A stretch of 23,084 nt of DNA from Myxococcota bacterium (GTDB taxonomy: Bacteria; Myxococcota_A; Polyangia; Polyangiales; Houyiibacteriaceae). The first letter of the stretch is position 1. Every line of letters begins with the position of its first letter. The stretch is taken from assembly GCA_039030515.1 (NCBI GenBank), contig JBCCEA010000051.1:1-23084 (forward strand), read 5' to 3'. The notes beneath the pieces are model-generated. The model was not told where the DNA came from and did no database searches. It saw nothing but the letters and a program-made list of their open reading frames with translations. The position numbers were made by a program, and so were the translations under genes. Below are positions 16,842-23,084 of this stretch, piece after piece.

Positions 16842-17843
16842 ATGGGTGTGAGTCGCTGCGTTCGCGAGTGCATCCCTCGCATACGACGCCATGGCACCCG
16901 CCTTCTGTCCCTATGGGTCCTGTTCGGCTGGATCGCTTTTGACTGGCTCTCCCCGTGCATTGAGTTGTCTGCAGGTGTGTCCCGAGCCTGCGTGACGCGA
17001 GGGCTGTGTTCGGTTGGGTTCCCGATCGCTCGCGCAGAGCCACCTCACGTATCGCCCTCTTCAGAGGGGTCGGGGACGCAGCACGGGCTTCAGGAGGGGC
17101 GCGTTTCGAGCTGCCTTGCGCCACCGGTTCTCGTCGTACGCTACTCGGCCCCAAGAGAGCGGAGTTGGCTTTCTCTCACGACTTGTGACGGCCGCCCGAA
17201 CTTGAGCGCTTTGCGGGAACTGGGTGAACTCGGCCGACCTCAATCACAGGTCCGATCCGGTTCTCGAAGCCCCTCCCGCGAACCAGATCGCTTGGGACGC
17301 TGGCAGTTGAACGCTGGGCTGCTCACCCGTCTGCAAGAGATTGCAGATCACTTCCCCGATCGATCCCTTTTGATCGTTGCAGGTCGTCAAAGAGAGCGTG
17401 AAGCTTCGGTGAGCCGTCACGTGCGTGGTAGGGCGATCGATGTGCAGGTTGAGGGAAGCTCGGGTGCCGAGCTGGCTCGGTTTGCGCGCACCCTCGCTCA
17501 AACGGGAGTGGGTCACTATCCAAATCGGTCCTTTACCCACCTTGACGTCCGTAGCCAAAGTGCCTTTTGGGTCGATGTCAGCCGACCCGGCGAACGCGCG
17601 CAGTACCTGAATCCATCGGACATCCCAGATCTCGAAAGATGGCTTGCGGTTGACGTTGTGAATGTGGAGGCATTTGAACCCAACACCTCTCCCGCTCTGG
17701 GTGCAGATACCTCGGCAGGGTTCGTGGAAGATGCGCTGCCGGCGAGCGGCACGGGCTCCCTAGAATCTCAGCGCGCATCGGATAGAGAGGCGTTTCTACA
17801 AATGCTTACTCGCGCAGAAGCGATCTCCCAGGGCGAACCCTAG
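16842..17843 (+). CDS. YcbK/DUF882 (peptidase M15A, MepK-like) Zn metallopeptidase with N-terminal hydrophobic segment
   Basis: LLTRLQEIADHF...SRHVRGRAIDV...GVGHYPNRSFTHLDVR..W gives the SxH-x6-D and HxD Zn ligands. Start uncertain (16731 GTG or 16842 ATG). Confidence 0.75.
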   Translation: MGVSRCVRECIPRIRRHGTRLLSLWVLFGWIAFDWLSPCIELSAGVSRACVTRGLCSVGFPIARAEPPHVSPSSEGSGTQHGLQEGRVSSCLAPPVLVVRYSAPRERSWLSLTTCDGRPNLSALRELGELGRPQSQVRSGSRSPSREPDRLGRWQLNAGLLTRLQEIADHFPDRSLLIVAGRQREREASVSRHVRGRAIDVQVEGSSGAELARFARTLAQTGVGHYPNRSFTHLDVRSQSAFWVDVSRPGERAQYLNPSDIPDLERWLAVDVVNVEAFEPNTSPALGADTSAGFVEDALPASGTGSLESQRASDREAFLQMLTRAEAISQGEP

Positions 17844-17911
17844 ATCGGGTCGTGAGGAGCATCCGGCGTGAACTATGGACGGCTTCTAAGCCTTGGATCA
17901 CAGTCCAGCGG

Positions 17912-18514
17912 ATGACCCGACGGATTCGCCATCGCTATCAGGATCCATTGGACGCCATTTGGATCGCTGCGGCCCGTTCCACGGGCCTTACCGTAGGTCG
18001 TTCTTCAGAAGTATTTGCGGCCACGGACGGCCGGGGAGAACTGCTCCTCGGTGAAGCCTCGACGCTGGATGCGGACGACGCCCTGGCCCAGATGATCTTT
18101 CACGAGATTTGCCACTGGATCGTGGAGGGTAGGGGTTCATTTCACAGTGTGGATTGGGGTCTATCCAACGCAGAAAACGAAGAAGACGTGTCGCGGGAGC
18201 ATGCAGGATTGCGTGTTCAGGCCTACCTGGCCGGTCTTTACGGGCTTAGGACGTTTCTGGCGCCGACCACCAAATTTCGAAGCTTTTACGATGCTTTGCC
18301 GCAAGAGCCCATCGAAGGAGAGGGTTCAGACGTGCGCCTTGCGCGTGAGGGGCTGATTCGGGCGGAGACTTCCCCCTGGTCTCCTCACCTAGAAAGAGCG
18401 CTCGGTGCGACGCGACGGATCGTGTTTGCGACCAGGCAGGCTCTATTGGAATTTACTTCCCCGGACGTGCAGCTTCTTTATTTCAGTGAGGACGAGTCTC
18501 TCAGACCGCGGTGA
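17912..18514 (+). CDS. HExxH-motif metal-binding protein, distantly EpmC/YfcM-like; function unknown
   Basis: LAQMIFHEICHWIVEG...VDWGL...REHA.LRVQA. ATG 17912 preferred over GTG 17852. Confidence 0.65.
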   Translation: MTRRIRHRYQDPLDAIWIAAARSTGLTVGRSSEVFAATDGRGELLLGEASTLDADDALAQMIFHEICHWIVEGRGSFHSVDWGLSNAENEEDVSREHAGLRVQAYLAGLYGLRTFLAPTTKFRSFYDALPQEPIEGEGSDVRLAREGLIRAETSPWSPHLERALGATRRIVFATRQALLEFTSPDVQLLYFSEDESLRPR

Positions 18515-18580
18515 TTCTGTAGGGTTGTAATCCGCTGCCGCTGAGCGCGCGCCTATTTCCCGCTTGGTCTTTTCTAGGAC

Positions 18581-19510
18581 ATGCCGAAAAAAAAGGTTGG
18601 ACGAGCTGGACTTTCCGCCCGAACTGAAGGAGTTAGACAGGCGATGACTCGTGCCGCACGCTTCGATTCAGCGCACCGACACCAAGTTCAATCTGTCGGC
18701 GATCGACCCCCTCGACCCAGGGGTTCGGTGTGCCTTCAAATCGAGGGGATGGAGCCGAGCATCACCGTTCAGGTTGCCTATCAAACCCAGCGCAGCCTTA
18801 CCGTGGCTCAGCCTCTCTCGTTTCTAAGGATCGGAGCCGTTACTCAGGACGAGCAGGGTGTGCTTCGAACTGTTGAGCGGGTGTCCATCGACGTTTCGCG
18901 AGGCGTCCCTCACTTGATGATCGACCTTGCAGAGCATGCATCGCGGCTAGAGCGGGGGCCGCAGTTGGCAAGCTGTGAGCCGTTGCAGCAGGACTTTGGA
19001 TTCGACGAGTGTCCACCAAGCGAGCGTTCCTACCGCTCCTTCGAAGAGCATTTTGAGCCATCGACTCGGGCCGCTGATCGGCAAAGCACCGGCCACGAAT
19101 GGCAGGATACGAGACCAACGCTACCCTTCGGTGACCGATTGGCCGCGCAGGCATGGGGGGATTCGCAGGAAGAAGAGCCCACCGGTCAGCATTCACGGGC
19201 TCGAGCCGAAGCTGTGGAGCGGTCATGTCAGTTGAACGTGCCTGCTCGAGCGCGAAAGGCACATGCAGAAGCGTTGCGTGTCGCTTCGATACATATTTCT
19301 TCCGAAATTTCAGAGAACACTCGGTATGAGAGGCTCTTCGAAGAAGACGCCGCTGAAGGAGACACCGCGGAAGATTCTTTCGCCCCATTCGATGAGCCCA
19401 CCCAGATCGCAGTGCGGCAAAGCTATTGGACAGGGCACTTTTATTTCTTTTTGATTCGATGCCGACACTGGTTTGCGAGTGCTTGGTGTTCACTACGCGG
19501 CGAACGCTGA
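18581..19510 (+). CDS. Hypothetical protein (N-terminal beta-rich region, acidic low-complexity C-terminal half, aromatic tail)
   Basis: 309-aa ORF co-oriented with its neighbours and filling the gap between them. No family recognised. Confidence 0.55.
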   Translation: MPKKKVGRAGLSARTEGVRQAMTRAARFDSAHRHQVQSVGDRPPRPRGSVCLQIEGMEPSITVQVAYQTQRSLTVAQPLSFLRIGAVTQDEQGVLRTVERVSIDVSRGVPHLMIDLAEHASRLERGPQLASCEPLQQDFGFDECPPSERSYRSFEEHFEPSTRAADRQSTGHEWQDTRPTLPFGDRLAAQAWGDSQEEEPTGQHSRARAEAVERSCQLNVPARARKAHAEALRVASIHISSEISENTRYERLFEEDAAEGDTAEDSFAPFDEPTQIAVRQSYWTGHFYFFLIRCRHWFASAWCSLRGER

Positions 19511-19591
19511 TCTCGCGCGAGAATCGATGCAGCTGGCCCTAGCGACAGTTGGTGTGAGGGGCGCACTACCCGCTATCAGAATCCGATCGAG

Positions 19592-20776
19592 ATGAGTGCC
19601 GGCCCAAGCTCACTTCCTACGATTCGCCTGCTTCGCCCTTTGGATCGCGTCGCGCGACTTGGACACCCCTGGGTATACCGAGATGCGCTCGAGGGAGCGC
19701 TGCCAAGTCCAGGCACGCTCGTCGATCTCACGTTCAAGGACGACTTTGTGGCGCGCGGTTACTTGGATGGCGGCCCGATCGGTGTGCGACTCCTAACCAC
19801 GCTGAAGGAGCCTTTGGACCTCAATTTTTTTCGGCGGCGCCTCATGGCCGCGGCTGAGCTGAGACGCACTGTGTTGCCCAAGGACACCGATGCTTTTCGT
19901 CTCGTGAATGGAGAGGGAGATCGTTTGCCTGGCGTCGTGTGTGACGTGTACGGAGCCTACGCCGTTCTTCGATTTGATTCTCCCGGGGCGCGTTTGCTCC
20001 TGCCCAAATTGGAGAGCTCTCTGATTCAAGTCCTGAGAGAGTTCGGGGTTCAGAATCTACTTGTACGAGCGGGTCGTGGTGCAGGTCGAACGCTGGAGGT
20101 TCGGGCGGGAACGCTACCGGAAGATTCTATTTCGGTTCGGGAATGCGGCATGACGCTGCTCGTCGATTTGGTTCACGGCCAAAAAACCGGCATGTTTCTC
20201 GACCATAGAGACTCGCGCGCCTTGGTTCGTAGACTGAGCGAGGGTGGTCGGGTGCTCAACCTCTATGGCTATACGGGGGGATTCTCTATTGCCGCCGGGC
20301 TAGGCGGTGCGTTTGAGGTGGTGACGGTGGATGCCGCTCCTGCCGCAATCGACCTTGCTTTGCGAGCGTGGCAGCTCAACGGGCTCTCGCCCAAGAATCA
20401 CCAAGGCATCGCGGCGGACGTGCCAAGTTTTCTCAGGCAAGCTGAGTCCAGTCGAGAGTATTTCGATTTCATTATCGCAGACCCTCCCAGCTTTGCTCCG
20501 AGAGAAGCCGCAAAAGACGCAGCGCTCGAAGTCTACGCTCAGCTTCATCGAAGTTGTGTTGAGAGATTGCGGCCCGGCGGAATGTACCTGGCTGCCTCCT
20601 GCTCAAGTCACGTGGACCGTCATGCATTTTTGGAAACTGTCGTCGAGGCAGGACGAAGACTTTCTCGGGTTTTGCAGGTTCTGGGCTGCTGGGGTGCTGC
20701 TCCCGACCACCCTTTTTTGACTGCGTTTCCAGAAGGTGACTACCTGAAGTCGATCCTTGTACGTCCGGTGTTCTAG
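19592..20776 (+). CDS. rlmI: RlmI-like class I SAM-dependent rRNA m5C methyltransferase with PUA domain
   Basis: GHPWVY, RLVNGEGDRLPG...D.YG, GQKTGMFLDHR, VLNLYGYTGGFS, DPPSF, ASCS, DHP....FPEG.YLK. Confidence 0.88.
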   Translation: MSAGPSSLPTIRLLRPLDRVARLGHPWVYRDALEGALPSPGTLVDLTFKDDFVARGYLDGGPIGVRLLTTLKEPLDLNFFRRRLMAAAELRRTVLPKDTDAFRLVNGEGDRLPGVVCDVYGAYAVLRFDSPGARLLLPKLESSLIQVLREFGVQNLLVRAGRGAGRTLEVRAGTLPEDSISVRECGMTLLVDLVHGQKTGMFLDHRDSRALVRRLSEGGRVLNLYGYTGGFSIAAGLGGAFEVVTVDAAPAAIDLALRAWQLNGLSPKNHQGIAADVPSFLRQAESSREYFDFIIADPPSFAPREAAKDAALEVYAQLHRSCVERLRPGGMYLAASCSSHVDRHAFLETVVEAGRRLSRVLQVLGCWGAAPDHPFLTAFPEGDYLKSILVRPVF

Positions 20777-20787
20777 AGGAACGGCCG

Positions 20788-21003
20788 CCGGAAGCGGAGG
20801 AGCGAAGTCGTACGAAGGTAGAGCGAGCTCCGAGCATCGGAGGTAGAGCGAGGGTTTGAGCGATTCAGAGAAGGTAAGCAGAGTTTTTGAGTTGGTGTGA
20901 ACGGTCAGCGCCCCGGAAGCGGAGGAGCGAAGTCGTACGAAGGTACTGCGAGCTCCGAGCATCGGAGGTAAGCGACCGTTCAGGCCGACTCAGAACCTCT
21001 GCT
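20788..21003 (+). repeat. Two copies of the structured repeat family between convergent rlmI and lolA
   Basis: A 58-bp core occurs at 20788-20845 and 20913-20970 with 2 mismatches. The second copy is closed by an imperfect 30-bp inverted repeat, 20877-20906 / 20974-21003. The core is homologous to the 1-401 units. Confidence 0.9.
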
Positions 21004-21697
21004 ATGGTGTGACGATACGTGTCCCCCTAGGAAACCGAAACTCAAAGTAGCGTTCCTCGATCGGGGTCGTAAAGCGAAGCCCTTGGAACTCGAAAAGGTT
21101 CCGGTTTCCTACTGGGTCGACGATGAGAACGCGCTCCACGATTCCGGCCCCTTCGACGAGTCGCACGTAGAAAAGCACCTGCTCGAAGTGAGGAGACGGA
21201 CTGCGTGGTCTTAGCTGGAGTACGTAACCGTCCCATGCCGCCCCCATGGAATCCCGCGTATCGAGGAGCCTGAAGGTGAACTGTTCGTCGAGCCGCCCGG
21301 TGCCGGTCAGGAACGCAAAGACGGCCGGCAACTGGTTGTCGTCCATCGACTGCTGGTATCCCTGTCCCCTGGTTTCTCCCTCCCTCGGAGGCTCGTAAAC
21401 CTTGAGTGTCTGCCCGTTCGAAACGATGACCTTCTGATGAGGTTCATCGTAATTCCACCGCATACGCCCCGGTTTCTTGAATACGACGGTTCCAGAAGAG
21501 GTCTCCTCTCGATCGTATAGCTTCAAGAAGTACCGTTGCTGAAAGTTGGCCCGAATCGTGGCGGTGCGGTCGTAGAAAGATTGAACTCTTGCCGCGATTT
21601 CGCCCGCTTGCAAAGCAGGCTGAGCCTCGCTTGTCGCGGCTAGATTCACGCCGATAGAGAGCCAGCTGAGTAGCAAGGTGCGTAGCGGACGATTCAT
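21002..21697 (-). CDS. lolA: Outer-membrane lipoprotein carrier protein LolA family
   Basis: Signal-peptide-like N-terminus. ANFQQ, SSGTVVFKKPGRMRWNY..P....IVSNG.TL.VY, D..GN.N.F.F. ATG 21697 has AAGGA upstream. Confidence 0.88.
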   Translation of the reverse strand: MNRPLRTLLLSWLSIGVNLAATSEAQPALQAGEIAARVQSFYDRTATIRANFQQRYFLKLYDREETSSGTVVFKKPGRMRWNYDEPHQKVIVSNGQTLKVYEPPREGETRGQGYQQSMDDNQLPAVFAFLTGTGRLDEQFTFRLLDTRDSMGAAWDGYVLQLRPRSPSPHFEQVLFYVRLVEGAGIVERVLIVDPVGNRNLFEFQGLRFTTPIEERYFEFRFPRGTRIVTP

Positions 21698-21937
21698 GGG
21701 TTTTTGTTCCTTGATGGGGGCACTCGCTGAGATGATCGACTCCACCTTGGATCGAATATTCAATGTTCCGAAAGTGAATCAAGTTCGATCGAATCGAGGT
21801 GGGGGGCATTGATCTTCGATCGCGTTGTCTTCTACGCTCGTTCTTTAGCTCGGGGAAGCTTTTACTTCCCTAGCGTGTTGTGTTCCTTGAAGTCTCGACG
21901 AATCAACTTTTCCAAGATCCAATCAAAGGAAGTTTCT

Positions 21938-22150
21938 ATGCACAAAGCGTTGCCCTCCGCAGAACTCGGCAAACAAATCCTATGGCTCCAAAGCAAACAC
22001 GATGACCTAAGTCGGCAAGTGGACCTCCTTGAGAGGCGCGCTTGGCTCTCCGGCGATGAGCGGACCAGCCTCAGCCGACTCAAGAAACGCAAACTAAGGG
22101 CAAAAGACTCCCTCGAGGCTGCCAGACGGCGGCGGAACCCAACGCTCTAG
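21938..22150 (+). CDS. DUF465/YdcH-family small coiled-coil protein
   Basis: L..KH..L...V..LE....LS..E...L..LKKRKL.AKD.L pattern. AAGGA precedes ATG 21938. Confidence 0.8.
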   Translation: MHKALPSAELGKQILWLQSKHDDLSRQVDLLERRAWLSGDERTSLSRLKKRKLRAKDSLEAARRRRNPTL

Positions 22151-22972
22151 TGTTCCAATGCCTCGGCCCGATCCGCATCACTCGTGAGCGCGCGATGGGA
22201 TGCGGTGTTCGGCACCAGGCGCTGTAAAACCCGTTCAAGCGTCGCCTCTCGCTCGGCAGGAAGCCACTGGTGTTCGCTCGCGCCCGAGCTTTTCGAGCTG
22301 CAGCAATGCCTCGGCACAGCGAGCTTGTATGAACAGGCGAGCTCACGTAAACAGCGCTCCCGCCCCCGCAAGTCGGTCGCTCAGGCCAGCACAGCCGTAG
22401 AGCACCAAAGCTATGAGCAGCGACAGGATCTGAGCGCTCATCCCTCGATGGCTTGGTTCATGGGGTCTCCCGATAGACACGCCATTTCAGTCTAGGCCTG
22501 AGCCCAAGGTGGCCCATCTTTTTCCAGATTATCCTAATTCGGCCCACGCGAGAGAACCGGCTTTGCGTGTCATGCCTTGTTTTCGGGCAAAGTGCGGGAC
22601 CCTACATACTCGAGAAAAGTGAAGTTAAAGCCAAGCTATGGAAGTAGAGCGTCGGACGAACTAGCCCAGCACCCCTAAGTCAAAAGATATACGGTCCTCC
22701 AAGCAACTCAGATGCCACTTAAGATCTAGTCGCCCGAACTCAGGCGCAGTCGTCCTCAGCCAGGGTACATTCGGCTTTTTGTCTAGGATTCCCGAGGCCG
22801 TCGCTCGATGAACGAAGCGGAGCGTCCGGTTTGCGAGCCGAAGATTCTGACATTTGTGTCGTGGTCTCAATAGGGCATGCGCCTTCAAATCTATGTGCCA
22901 GATGCCTAAGTATACGATATTCAAAGGGAAATATTGTTGTGTGATATGTCGGACAGCATTGGCACACCCGCT

Positions 22973-23084
22973 CCAGCGGGCCTATGTCGGCCCAAACAGC
23001 CGCTTGCCGCCTTGCTCGTCGTCGTCAGGTACCAATGAGTACCCTCCTCCTCCTCGCCACGGGGGCGCTGGCTGTTTGAACCAA
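22973..23084 (-). repeat. Diverged copy of the structured repeat family, running off the window end
   Basis: The reverse complement reads TTGGTTCAAACAGCC-AGCGCCCCC...GGGTAC-TCATTG-GTACCT...CGACGAGCA...AAGC-GGCTGTTTGGGCCGACATAGGCCCGCTGG. Its last 20 nt are identical to 382-401. Confidence 0.88.

Noticed and set aside
20472..20962. Two minus-strand ORFs sharing the N-terminus MLGARSTFVRLRSSASG
   Set aside because: The shared start comes from the two repeat copies, and the ORFs run antisense into rlmI.
22661..22924. 87-aa minus-strand ORF in an AT-richer region
   Set aside because: TTG start, no clear RBS and no recognisable motif. It cannot be supported without a search.
22959..22975. Sigma-54 promoter (TTGGCAC)
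   Set aside because: The -24 box is present but there is no TTGC -12 box at the required spacing.
382..22992. Composite transposon bounded by the inverted repeat copies
   Set aside because: The enclosed genes are core housekeeping genes (accD, folC, hemE, lolA) and no transposase is present.

Overview
A GC-rich bacterial window, most consistent with Myxococcota (inferred from Cys-rich PPC-like repeat lipoproteins, a membrane-anchored TPR protein and the gene styles). It is mostly housekeeping: DedA-pgeF-accD-folC, hemE-hemG/hemY, an RlmI-like methylase, lolA and DUF465. Three things stand out. (1) A translationally coupled maf-neuB-neuC-neuA operon, where a flagellin-type Maf glycosyltransferase is paired with what looks like a true Neu5Ac (Neisseria SiaA/B/C-like) pathway; a TylF-type O-methyltransferase converges on it. 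(2) An orphan gene resembling the Afp10/Pvc10 contractile-injection-system spike-tip protein, heading the housekeeping run. (3) A dispersed family of ~110-127 nt structured repeats, seen at 1-401, 20788-21003 and 22973-23084, with compensatory base changes, a conserved GTAC-loop-GTAC hairpin and strand asymmetry. Both ends of the window lie inside this repeat. All family assignments come from motif recognition and recalled sequences; no searches were run.
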